A stretch of DNA of 64,000 nucleotides. It comes from Rhina ancylostomus. Taxonomy: Eukaryota. The DNA is taken from positions 68,731,624 through 68,795,623 of the forward strand of contig JARFYF010000002.1 in NCBI GenBank assembly GCA_030265395.1, written 5' to 3'. The translations under genes and the position numbers were made by a program. Positions 52,130 to 64,000 of the stretch are shown here, piece by piece; the stretch's first letter is position 1; the number at the start of each line of letters is the position of its first letter. A model generated the notes under the pieces. That model searched no databases, was not told the origin of the DNA, and saw only the letters and a list, made by a program, of their open reading frames with translations.

Positions 52130-55100
52130 AGCTGGCAAGGCAACCATCAATTGTCCATCTCCAGAGAAGCTACAAGCCACCTTTTTGAACTGTAGCAGTC
52201 CTTCTGAAAATNNNNNNNNNNNNNNNNNNNNNNNNNNNNNNNNNNNNNNNNNNNNNNNNNNNNNNNNNNNNNNNNNNNNNNNNNNNNNNNNNNNNNNNNN
52301 NNNNNNNNNNNTTGAACTGTAGCAGTCCTTCTGAAAATACTTGCACAATGGTGTCAGGGAGTGGTTTCTAGGATTTCAACAAAGCAAGGGGATGAGAAAC
52401 AATCAAGTCAGAATAGTGCATAACCTGAAGGGGAATCTGCAGGTGGTAGTATTTCCATGCACCTGCTGCCCTTGTCCTTCCTTGTGTTAGTGGATACGAG
52501 TTTGTGATGTACTGTTGAAGAAATGCAGATGTGTAACTGCAGTTCGATTTACAGATGATGCACACCACAATCATAGTGCATTAGTGGTGAGGGAATACAT
52601 GTTTAAAGTGTGGAGTGGGTGTCAGTTAAGGGCTGTCTCATCTTGGGTAGTGTTGAAACTGTGCTCATCCAGGCAAGTGGAGAATATTCCATTGCATTTC
52701 TGACTTGTGCCTGTAGATAATGGAGAAGCATATGGGTGCCAGGAAGAGACTTGCTCATCATAGGATATCCAGCCTCTGACCTACTCCTGTTGACACAGCA
52801 TTCACGTGGCTAATCCAGTTAGGTTTCTGATCCTTAATTAGCTGATGGTGGGACTCATGCTGGTAATACCATTGAATATCAAGGACAGGTAGTTAAATTT
52901 TCTATTGTTGGAGATGGTATTTGTTTGATGCTTTTATGGCATGAATGCTACTCATCACTTCATGAATGATATCCAAGATCTTGCTCTGTTTTAATGGTTG
53001 CAAACAGAAGTGAACAATGTGCAATTATGCAAATTCCCACTTCTGATCTTATGAAAGAAAAGTTATTGATAAAGCAACTGAAGATGATTGAGCCTGGGAC
53101 ATTGCCCCATGAACTCCTACTGTAATGTTCTGGGGCTGGGATGGTTGGCCTCCAATATAATCTCAACTACCTTTGTGCAAGGTACAAGTCCAGCCATTGG
53201 AATGTCTTCCCCTTGATACCTGTTGACTTCTGTTTTATCAGGGCTCCTTGATCCTATACTCCATTAAAAACTGCCTTGATGTCAAGGACAGTCACTCTGT
53301 TTCACCCCTAGAATAGAGTTATTTGGTCCATGACTGTGATGAGGGTTGAGGTAGAGTGACCCTGGCAAACCTAGATTGAGCATCACAAGCAAATACCATT
53401 CGAAGCACTAATGATGATACTTTTCACCACTTTGCTGATGATTGGGGAAAAAACTATTCTTCAGTTATTATATTGCATTTGTTGTGTCCAACTTTCCCAG
53501 CAGTTTTCTGATCACATTGAGTGAACTGAAGTGACTGAACTGACTTCTGGAATGTGGGAATCTCAACAGGAAGTCTAGACGGATCATTCATAACTTTTGG
53601 TTGGACACGTTTAAGTACTTCGGTCTCATCTTTAGCACTCATACTGAGTGGACCCCCACTAACAATGAGCACGGGGACACTTTTAGGATTTCCTGTTTTG
53701 CTATTTAATTGTCCACTGCCATTCATGATTAAGTGTGGCAGGGATGTAGAGTTTGATCTTATTTATTGGCTGTGGGCTCATTTGACAGTCTCTAACATGC
53801 TGTTTTACTTGTTTAGCATGCATGAGTGTAGGTGATATTACAGATTGTGATGGCATACATTTTTGCTCCTGATGATAATCTATAGCACATGATGGATGCT
53901 CAGTTTTGGACCCATTTCATTTAATATAGGACTGCCACAAAACACAATATAGGGTGCCATCAGTGCAAAGATAGGACTTTCTTGTACAGGATGATGAGTG
54001 GTCACTTTTACCAAGGCTGTGATGGACAGATCCATCTGTGATGTCATCATCAAGAGGTTTAAACACTATATTCAGCATTCTGTTTCTCTTTCTCACCCCC
54101 CCCCCCCCAATACTTGCATATAGAATGATCNNNNNNNNNNNNNNNNNNNNNNNNNNNNNNNNNNNNNNNNNNNNNNNNNNNNNNNNNNNNNNNNNNNNNN
54201 NNNNNNNNNNNNNNNNNNNNNNNNNNNNNNTGATCTGTCTAGATGTCATGCAAACAAAAGCTTTTCATGTATTTACATATCACATAAAATCTTGGTACAC
54301 ATGACAACAATAAACCAATTACCACTCCTGAAGATTTAGTCAGGCTGCTCAGTGACGACAGAACTGAAGTTCTCTACCCAGTATGCACACTGTAGTTGCG
54401 CTACTTTCAGTGATTCTTCCAACAATTCAACATGGAATAGTACCAGTGGACAGTTGAGGGAGGATGACAATCAAGTTTCCATACCCATGTTTGCTGGGGT
54501 GAGGAATATGGAACAGCAGAATTGCTAGTGTAGATGGAATAAGGCCAGCCTGGATACCACTGAAGATGGAGACAGTCAGTATGCATTGAAGGAGATGGTA
54601 TAGCCATTCCAGTAAATTCAGTTTAAAATTCACACCAACGGAAATGTTAGGTATGTTAAGAAAACAATTGATGATCTGATTCTATGAAACATGAATTGAA
54701 GATTCCTGGGGCTGCTATTCCTTGCCTGTATCCTACTGTACCATCAGTCCTGGTTGGTCTGATGGCAGAAAAGGACAAAGCAGGGAATTGTGATGGATGA
54801 AACTGACATTAGCTGTCAGGTGTGATGCTGAAAGTACACTTTTGTCAGGTTGTTAATTGATTAGCTATCCAATTTGTAGACCACTCCCCAGGTGTTTGTA
54901 AGGAGGATTTTTGCAAGGACAACTAGGCTGAGCACTACTTTGCAATGTACCAGTTTAGTGCCTAGATTTATGCCAGGTCCATCTAGTTGCACCCTTTTTG
55001 TTTTCCTTGGCCAATTCAGAGGGCAGTTATGAGTCAACCACATTGCTGCAGCACAGCAGGCAGTAATGATAGATTTCTTTCCCTTAAAGGGCATTAGTAA

Positions 55101-55220
55101 CAAATTGGGCTTTCGGCAACAAAATAGCAGCTCAAGTCATCCCCTACCAAGACTATTGCTATTCTTTTTAAACTCCCAATATTAATCTAAATTTAAATTC
55201 AACAGCTGCCATGGAATTTA
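52130..55220 (-). mobile_element. Decayed, internally deleted near-full-length LINE (head, APE, RT, tail) with nested insertions
   Basis: 5' head and APE start ILLTNTWGVVYKL at 55220-54860. RT motifs VLDIKAVF (near 53270) and GNVPGSIIFSCFINN...IRSEVG (52960-53166). 3' region gcaggtggtagtatttccatgcacctgctgccc. A Rex1-like tail is inserted at about 54231-54320. Confidence 0.7.
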
Positions 55221-55249
55221 CTAGCATCTGTCAGTGCCATTTCCTCACG

Positions 55250-55470
55250 TATGCCCATCCCCATTTTTTCCACTTACCTACATTAAGGGATAATTTACAT
55301 TAGATAACCAACCTATCACATCTTTGGGATGTGGAAGAAAACTAGAGCACGAAGGAACTCACACAGTTATGGAGAGAGCTTGCAAACTCCGCACAGACCG
55401 CACTCCACATTGGGATTGAACCTAGTACCCTGTCAGTGCAATCCAGGTAACTTAACCATTACACCAGTGT
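55250..55470 (-). mobile_element. Older V-SINE-type copy
   Basis: Homologous to the 11.2 kb SINE core (tctttgggatgtggaagaaaactagagcac...gcaaactcc...gggattgaacc), with a decayed B box GGTTCAATCCC. Confidence 0.7.
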
Positions 55471-58400
55471 ATCCAAGCAGGGATAGGAACCTAGATTACA
55501 ATTAGGATCAAGAGTTTCCATTTAAATGTCATAGCACTGACAAAGTGAGCAGAGCAACAGATGAAGTACTTAAGAGACTGCCTGAGGAGAATTCACTCAA
55601 GGGAGATCTGTGCAAACACGTAATCCAACTAAAAATACGACTCAAGTAAAAGACAACATTCCTCCATGCAGATGCAAGCCTACAAGCTTGTGGATACAGT
55701 AGCAATGCAACAGAAGTGTTATATTAAAGAGAAAATCACAATGTATTGAATGAGATGGTATGACTATTCCCATCAATTAGAAAAAGAAAATCACACCAAC
55801 TAACTGGAAGCATCAAGTAGACATTGTGAAAATTACTGTTATTTGGTATTGAAGAACCTACACCCAGATTGTTCCAAATACTTACAAATGTCATAAGCAT
55901 AGACTGACATCTAAGCACAAAATTAAATATTTTCTTTTACAGCTTTAACTAAAAGAACTAAAAATACATCTGAAACAAATTGGGCACGAGGTAATCACAA
56001 ACCACAAGTTTTATTGAACAAATAGAACTGAAAACTCCAGTACTAAATCATCAAGAATTCTAATTCCAATGCCCAAGCATAAACGTCTAATCATTCTCTT
56101 CCTCCAGCACAATACTGTATCACAAATTAATCCTTGGAGGCCAAGTACGTGGCTGTTCATTTTTAAGCATCTTTCTCACCGGCTTCCAAAACGCCTCCAA
56201 ATAGCAACTGTAACTGGTCCTGCTCTTGGCTCAGGGCCTTTGTTGCTGCTTATGAGTGAAACGTCAGTCTCAGTCAATGAGGGTTCAAGGTCAAATCTAT
56301 ATGCCATCACTGTGGCACTTTGACACTTCTGTCTCATATCACTTTAATGCAATATCACCTTGTATTATGAACTGTTCATCTCCAAAATTAAATTATTACA
56401 ACTTGGACATGGTTAAGATCTATTGGCAGTCTGAACTTCCCATGTTCACATAGAATAAAAATCAGCTGGTAAGATTTTAAACCTGTTACCCAGTCATCTT
56501 TATATTTGTTAGAATTTGGTAGTTTCTATTACAACATTGTTATTAATGTTATGACATGGTAACAAGCTGAAAATTTTGTTCAAAACAGTTACCAACAGAA
56601 GAATGTCAGAAGATAATGATATGCTTTTATTCAATTGACCAATAAAGACTATTACTAAATCAAATAATTTACACATTTGTCATTTACTTCCCCACCCCCA
56701 TTGCTGAATTATTACCAATATTTTAAATACAAGATGCCTTTTTCATAGAAGTACAAATTTTGAAATAGAGGTTCCTGTATTTTTTTTATTGACTTTTAAC
56801 AAAAATCTAAGTAATGCAAATTTATAGCTAGTTATTCTGCATTTCTAGATAATGTGCAGCTGCCACTTGTAATTTCACTCAGACAACAATATTTACACAA
56901 TTGGCCACATGCATTATTTTTCTGCCTTCCAAATTTGAAGTAAAAATCCTGGTTCAAAGCTCAAACCACAGGCTACCACAATTCCAGATAATGACAGGAT
57001 ATTTCAGATGCGATTCCCACAGCAAGCCAAAAAAATACAAAACCTACCAATTACAAAAACTAACTTTTTTGATAAAATTAAGGCAGTGCATCTGTAGTGA
57101 GAAAAGTACAGAATTGTGACTACAGGCAACAGTAAAGGATCATGCCAAAAGGGAAAAAACACTTCCAAAAAGACTGGGAAATGAATATTTAAAACTGTAG
57201 ATGCTGGAAGTGTGAAATTAAAGCAGAAAATGCTGGAAACACTCAGCATCTTTGGAAAGAAAAAAGGTCAAAAACCCTGGTCAGAACAAATCAACAGTCA
57301 GTTCTAGAGAGAAAAGATTACTTTTTCTATCCCAATATTTAATACTTTAAAATTACATGGAGCAGAATAGTTAAGAGTGATACCAGATGTGGATCTGTAT
57401 ATAATCTGTGACAGAAGCTTTTGATCGCCACTTTCATGGCTGGTAAGCTGCTGCCGTGTACCTCCTCACATGGGAAATGGAGGAAAGCCATTACCAGGAC
57501 ACCAGTCAGAACAGCAGGCTACCTCACAGCAATATTAATTAGCAGCTCAAATCATTTGAGGATTAAATGACTCATGACATGGGTCACAACAAAGATTTTA
57601 CAAAAAATTATTAAATTGAAAGGAAACTATCTGGAAAACAGCAAGGTTCAGAACTTTTCTTTACTGATGGAGATTTAAAAAAAACAAAAAGAATTGGGTT
57701 AACAAGAAGGTGTTGACCTTGCTTGGTTCTTATTTTAATTTATTTAAAAAAATTAAATACTTTGGCTACAAGACAAATTGCCCCTGAAATGCATTGCCCA
57801 ATTATACCCAAATCTATGTTTATATTTAGGCAATCTTATTCTCTGTAACTGGTGCAAATATAATTATTGAACATTCAATTGTCATACAAGCAACAGATTT
57901 AACAATTGATTTGGATAATTGAAGTCATTAGCTGAAAAATTTGAGAAAAAGATTTTTAAAAGTGGAATTTTACCACAACAATTATTAAAGTAAAGCATTT
58001 TAAAATAGCACCTTGAAAAAGCTCTTAACACTATAATGCTCACAGAATTATATGATTAGGTTGGCCGAGTTACAATCCACAAGGATAGCAAATCCTATTA
58101 AGTCTTGGTGATCCATTATATAACACAAATCTAATTTTCCAGGTTAACCACCACACAGTCATCATTCATAAAAAAAGCTACTTGCAATTTAAAAACCTGA
58201 AGATTTCGAATGCAGCCGAATATCACTCAGACACTGCATTATAAAACCACTGGATTTACGGCATTATTTTAAATATTAGGAATGAAGTTCTCTTGCAGTG
58301 GGCTTCTACAACTATAAAAATATTTCTAATTACCACCGAAATATGCCTCTTAATTCAAATACAAATGGAAGCTGACTTAAAAAGGATGAATTCATTTGGG

Positions 58401-60619
58401 AAAGCAGGTCAGCAAAAGCCTTGCCACAATAATGCAGGCAGGCATCTACACAAGTTCCTATACAGCACGGTACATAGTGGAACTATATAAAATGTTAACC
58501 AAGCTTACTGATGCAGGAAGTGAATACCCAATTATACCCTAACACTGCTTGACGAAGCAAATATTTATTTTTCTTGATTTAAATCACACAATATTTATAA
58601 TCATGCAAATTAAATACATAGACAATGTATTGAGGTTGTACAATGCAAAGTATTTTGAACTGAGCTCAGTATCTAAGGCAGCTCTTAATTCAGATAAAGT
58701 AATATTTTAGTTTTCTTAATTGTGCAATACTCAAAAAAAATTTAAATCCAGAAGCAATATACTGCAAAGTTATACCAATCAATTTATCTCCAAGTGAGTT
58801 CAGCCAAAAACTGCAAAATCAAGGCAGGTTCAATAATGACAACTCACTTATACTTCAGCATTTAAAGATATACATTTCAATTTCTTAAGGCCTGTTTGCT
58901 TTACAGCAAATTTTGTAGAATCACTTAAATTCAGGCTTAAAAAGGAAATGTTTTCCCATCCTTTTACCTTCATCTCAAGCATGTACTTAATTTCTTTTAG
59001 CCATGAGTTTGGGTCATTTATTTCTACTCCTTAAATGGCATGAAAAATCTTCCCATTTTGCTTCTTATATTAAAGGCATTCAACTCCTATCACACAGGAG
59101 TACCTGTCCATCTGAAATATGGCGAGGTAGGCAAAACAACATTTACAATAAACTAGAAAATCATTTCCTACAAATAAAAGCTCCCATGGGGTGTTACAAT
59201 TTAAAGACTTGGTTCACATTAATGGAGTTAAAATCCTTTTTGTAAAGGACTAATATAAATCATGCCAATATTAACAGATATAGGTCAAACATTTTAAAAG
59301 GCTGGTATAGGAAAAAGAAATTCCCACTAGTCTAATAAAGATGTGCTGTTTGGGCACAATTAAGGAAGTCTTAATTTGGCTTGCCGTGTAAATGACCTTG
59401 GAGGACTTGATAAAAACATTGAATATCAATGTTTTGAATATCAAATACTAAGCTTATCAACATGCTCATCTTAGTAGGCATAAAATGTTAAAAATTAATT
59501 TTCCAAAAGGTGCAGGTTATCCATATTTGAATCTAGTTACAAAACATTGTATCGAGCATCGCCAAACTACACCAGGGATGTTACTTATTATTGTACAATC
59601 TAAAATTAAATCAAGCCATTTATTCCAAGGAGACATATCCGAACAAGGTTGAACATACAAGTTGTTAGATCCTGTTAACTCAGCCACTATACAGGACTAA
59701 CTGCCCTTTATACTGTATGAAGAAGGCCATTGTGGAAATGCTCATATTTACACAGCCTGACATGACTACTAAACAACACGCATTTCCTTTCACTGCTTTA
59801 CAGCCATTCACCAAGGTGCGAACAAAGATTCGAAAAACCTTTTCATTTGATCGCAGTTTACAAATTTCTATCAGACCTCCAACACCACTCGGAACTTGCT
59901 GACTGACGTGAAAGATGTATGGTTGCGTCAGATTCAACCTAGTATTTTTCTTCCGCAAGTTAGCATTGTAAAGAAAATGCACAAGGATGCATTCATTACT
60001 AATGAGAAGAACCTCCCTCACATCATGTTTTGAGTACTTCAAAATAACAAAAACACACCGTTGAAGTATTCTCACTTGCAAATTGCAAGCATCAGTGCAA
60101 GCAGATTCCCTGGAACATTGTTCGGACCAAAAGGTCTGTGTCATAAAGTGCTGGCCTTCGCTTAAACTACTAGTCCAGCCAAGGATTAATACTTGCCAAG
60201 TTTCCACAATCTCACCAAACAGATCTGATGCCTGTTTTCAACTCCTACTAGAGTGGAGGGAAACGAACACAAGCCTGGAATCAGAACTTCGAAGTGTGTA
60301 CATCTGCCATAGGCCCTACACCCAGACAGCAGTGTATGCATTACTCACTTTATCCATAGATTCATCTTAGAAACCAATTATAAAAGTATGGTCAACATGT
60401 TGAACGTTGAATTTTAAAGTCAGACAATTTTCTTGTCCTACCAGAATATTTACTTTTAGGATCGAAAGTTTTACCTCCATTTGACAACAATTAAGTACAC
60501 TGTTTAACATAAATTACCTTAGACTTCATTAGATTCAGGGTGTTCTCTCTAAATAACGGGGAAATGTTTAGCTTATTGTACACAGCGCCTATTTTAAAAA
60601 TAAATAGGCAGTTTGAATG

Positions 60620-61960
60620 CATCATTCCCCGATGTTACAAAGCAGTATTTTGGCATTATATCGAGCAAAACGGAAAAGATTTAAACGCTGATGCTCGTAA
60701 GCGAGTCACCGTTCACTCTCGGCGGATATTGCAGCTGTCAACGAGCGAAAGATTTTCGCATCAACAAGAATTTTGAACACCCGCTAACCACCTCGAAGAC
60801 AGTTACACGCCACCAGCTAGGCTTTCTAGTAACAACATTGCAGACTAGGTTCGGGATTTTTTTTTAAAAATGCACCTTTTTGGAGACCGAATCATTAATC
60901 TACTTTTCAACGTTGAATCTCCAGAAAAATTTGCTTCCTAAACAAAAGCAAAATCTAGTCGACGCGACGTCTAAGGCAACGTGTCGCGGCTACTTTGCAG
61001 TCTAAAATGACAGAATGCGGCCTCGGGGAGAAAAGGGGGCGTAAATACTTGCCGTGAAACTGTTCGTTGAGTGAGAGAGAGATGGGGGCGGACGGGGGAG
61101 GGTGGGAAAGAGTCCGGCCTTTCCATACTTTTTCCTCGCAGCCCCTTCACGCCCGCGACCGGCCATAAGACCAGCCGGATAGTTGCACTGTTTCCTCACT
61201 CTGCAATCCAGCAGCACGCACGTACAGACACTCACCGTTTACCTCAGGAGAGGGGATGGGAGGGGGGGGGGAATCTTCTGAGCCGCTCTTCCTCCTTCAC
61301 TTTGACTTTTATAACTCCGGCGCTCAGTTTCTGTATTAAAATCTTATTTTAAGGGGAAAAAAGTAGTTGAATAGCGATAAGAAACTAAACCAAATTAGAA
61401 GATTAAAACAAATTTTGTTGTGTTGCGAGTTTAGTAGGACAGGACGGCAGCGAGCATAGTCGGCAGAGACAGGAATGCGTGTGGGTCGGGTGAGAGTGAG
61501 CGGGGTGCAGGCAGAGCCTCCCCTGCAGTGGCTCTTCCCATCTCAGGCCGGGACAAGCTGCAGAAGCGCCGCCGCCGCGCTACCATGTAACCTTCCCAGG
61601 GCCAGCCCACGCCGCCAGTCCGGGGGGGGGGAGCGGAGTCAGGCAGCCCTTCACTCACACTGCCGCTGACAAGCCCGCTTCCATGCTGCCCGCACACGCG
61701 ATTGCATCACACCTCATCGTGGAGGATGAAACTCGGGAAGGAGAACGCGAGTGCGTTCTCGCACTTCGGCGCCTCTGGTAGAATGGGTCTTCCCCCCCCC
61801 TCCTCCGTTTCCAGTTGGCACAGCCCGGGCTGGCTTTGGTTCCCGGGGCAGGAAGCGGGGCGCGAGGCCCGGGTCGGGTCGGTCCCGGAGCGCGGCTGGA
61901 GCACCTGATGCTGCCGCTTTAATCCCCTTAACCAGGGCGAACCTGCAACTTCGATTTTCC
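60620..61960. promoter_or_regulatory. CpG island; probable HPCAL1 promoter and first-exon region
   Basis: Abrupt rise in CpG and GC content (gcgccgccgccgcgc, ggggcgg, cgggtcgggtcggtcccgg) in an otherwise CpG-depleted window. It lies upstream of HPCAL1 on the minus strand, and the first coding exon begins with a splice acceptor, so an upstream exon is required. Confidence 0.75.
61230..61245 (-). other. Candidate splice donor(s) ending non-coding exon 1
   Basis: Minus strand GAG|GTAAACG|GTGAGT: a consensus GTGAGT donor (exon end 61236) and a second donor 7 nt upstream (exon end 61243), inside the CpG island. Confidence 0.5.
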
Positions 61961-61992
61961 GCTTCAATCTACATGTTACAAGAGCAATATTT

Positions 61993-62038
61993 TGTATGTA
62001 TTTGTGTATGTATGTATACATATGTATGAATATATATT
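61993..62038 (+). repeat. Imperfect (TATG)n/(TA)n microsatellite
   Basis: tgtatgtatttgtgtatgtatgtatacatatgtatgaatatatat at the edge of the CpG island. Confidence 0.7.
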
Positions 62039-62954
62039 CAAAAAACACAAACTTCCTTGTTGCTTTTTTTATTCTTCCTGGAAGAATAGCGATATTACAA
62101 CAGACTTCCCCACCCCCTCCTACTTAGTTTATTTTCGGTTTAGTTGATTGGATTGTAAATGATTAGAGTGCGGACTGCAGAGAACATGCTTATGTTAATT
62201 TGTTATGAGATACAACTGTTTCGAATATGTAGTCATTAAGAGGATGATAATATTAAAATTATATATAAATAATCCTGAGAGAATTAATCAAATGTTATTG
62301 AGACATAATTGATTTTTTCCCCGCTGTTAAATGCCTAAATTACTGCGAAGTTTCACACAACTGCAGAGCATGAGATTTAGAGATGCATTTCCCAACATAG
62401 ACAGGCAGAGGAGCAACGGTTCGCAGGAAAAATCCCGCTCAATACAGATTATTGAGTACTTACTTTAAGTAAACTGAAACCCTCCATTTTTCTTTCTCAT
62501 TTTCATTAGTTCAATACTTAAAAATGTTTATTCCTAATAAAATAACTATTTAACACGACCTATACACAGAGTGAGCAATCAGTTCCAGAATTAGTCCTCT
62601 CAATGTTTCTATTTAACTACATGTATGAAATTTTTTTTAAAATGGACATGTTGGATATCTGAAATAAAAACACAAAATGATGGAAACACTCGGCAAGATC
62701 TNNNNNNNNNNNNNNNNNNNNNNNNNNNNNNNNNNNNNNNNNNNNNNNNNNNNNNNNNNNNNNNNNNNNNNNNNNNNNNNNNNNNNNNNNNNNNNNNNNN
62801 NNNNNNNNNNNNNNNNNNNNNNNNNNNNNNNNNNNNNNNNNNNNNNNNNNNNNNNNNNNNNNNNNNNNNNNNNNNNNNNNNNNNNNNNNNNNNNNNNNNN
62901 TCCTGTGATAGGATGATTGTTCTCTGAATAGAGATTGAGTAAAATGGACTTTGC

Positions 62955-63135
62955 AATAAAAAGAGAAAATACTGGAAGTATTCAGTGGGTCAAACAGGAT
63001 TTGTGAAGAGAGAAATAGGTTTAGTGTTTAAACTCTATTTCTTTTGCTGTATGTGCTTCCTTGCCTGCTGAATATTTTCAAGATTTTATGTTCCTACATC
63101 AGAATTCCAGTATTTGTAATATTTTGCTTTTGGCT
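62955..63135. mobile_element. Short inverted pair of Penelope-like terminal modules
   Basis: aaaatactggaagtattcagtgggtcaaacagg...agagaaatag (minus sense) faces ctatttc...cctgctgaatattttcaagatttt...ttccagtatttgtaatattttgc (plus sense). Confidence 0.6.
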
Positions 63136-63789
63136 TTATTCTTTGGAGTTCAGTGGAATGAAAAGGGGGGTGGGGATGGAATGGAATCATAGTCTCTAAA
63201 GAAGGAAAAATAACTTCAGTTAGGGTTGCAACTATATGAAATTCTCAGCTTTGGATGGTTAGTTATTGAGGATATTCAAAAATGGGATTGATTGATTTCT
63301 GGGGCACTAAGAGGTTCAAGGAAAATTGTGATTAGGTGAGAAGGTGGATCTGGAAAGAAAGATCTCCCATCATCTTATTGAACAATGGAGCACATCTGTG
63401 AGGCTCCTGCAAGTCAATGGTAATAGGGGAAATACAAAGGAAAATACAATTTTCCACTGATACTATCATAGAATTAGGGATATAAGAGGTGAGATGCCTA
63501 ACATGGATAATGACCCTTCACATTGTTCTATCTTAGCTCAACCCAGCACTTTACACCCCTGCCTTTTATTTCCAAGGCAATTGGCACAAAAACAGAAATA
63601 TAATTCAGCAATTCTAATGAACTCACCTGAAAAGTTAATTCGGTTACTATTTCTAGAGTTGTTACTTGATTTGTGAGAGCATGCAGAATTTTCTGTTTTA
63701 ATTTCACATTTCCAGCATCTGTAGTATTTTGCTTTTGTTTTAAGCATTTTGTAACTTTCCTAAGTAATTCATCCATCAGGAGCATTCAG

Positions 63790-63970
63790 AAGCCTAACAT
63801 AAATGGCAGACGGACTATACTACCTAAACAAAACTCACTTTGTTTGTCCATTACCTCCTGTGGCAGGGTCCCTGGATCCCACAAGGACCTCAACAGCCAA
63901 GTCCATCCACAGAATGGAAGAGGAAGTAAGTCATTCTCAACCCTGAGAGACTGCCTAAGGAGAAGACAGT
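63790..63970 (+). mobile_element. RTE 3' tail
   Basis: ggaagtaagtcattctcaaccctgagagactgcctaaggagaaga. Confidence 0.6.
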
Positions 63971-64000
63971 CTTAAATATCTATTTAGCGTTTGGAATGAA

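Noticed and set aside
52185-52338. 27-bp exact direct repeat TTGAACTGTAGCAGTCCTTCTGAAAAT resembling a target-site duplication or CRISPR-like repeat
   Set aside because: The two copies flank a 100-N placeholder gap exactly, so this is an unmerged contig overlap (assembly artefact).
59680-60207. 175-aa minus-strand ORF near the promoter
   Set aside because: GTG start, random-looking composition and no recognisable homology; most likely intronic.
60587-60609. GCCTATTT...AAATAGGC hairpin containing a MEF2-like TTAAAAATAA
   Set aside because: An 8-bp AT-rich stem and a degenerate motif are expected by chance at this window size.
60957-60974. CpG-rich quasi-palindrome TAGTCGACGCGACGTCTA
   Set aside because: It has four mismatches and is unremarkable inside a CpG island.

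Overview
This is eukaryotic, AT-rich, repeat-dense DNA from a gapped draft assembly with 14 N-runs. The repeat repertoire (tRNA-headed V-SINE/HE1-type SINE, CR1, RTE, Rex1/Babar and Penelope-like relics) points to a cartilaginous fish (shark or ray); that assignment is an inference. The only supportable protein-coding gene is a complete, intact hippocalcin-like 1 (HPCAL1/VILIP-3) on the minus strand. It has three coding exons (14042-13665, 10269-10164, 6653-6556; 378+106+98 nt = 193 aa plus stop) with canonical GT-AG introns and a likely poly(A) signal at 5622-5617. A CpG island at about 60.6-62.0 kb is the probable promoter and non-coding first exon, about 47 kb upstream of the first coding exon. 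All other listed ORFs are spurious or decayed retroelement fragments. The most notable non-genic signal is roughly 15 copies of a Penelope-like terminal module. Several carry degenerate minimal type-I hammerhead ribozyme cores, including a recurrent CUGAUGC variant, and two loci are inverted pairs. I found no convincing wholly new biological system. Repeat identities come from recognising motifs by eye, and repeat boundaries are approximate.
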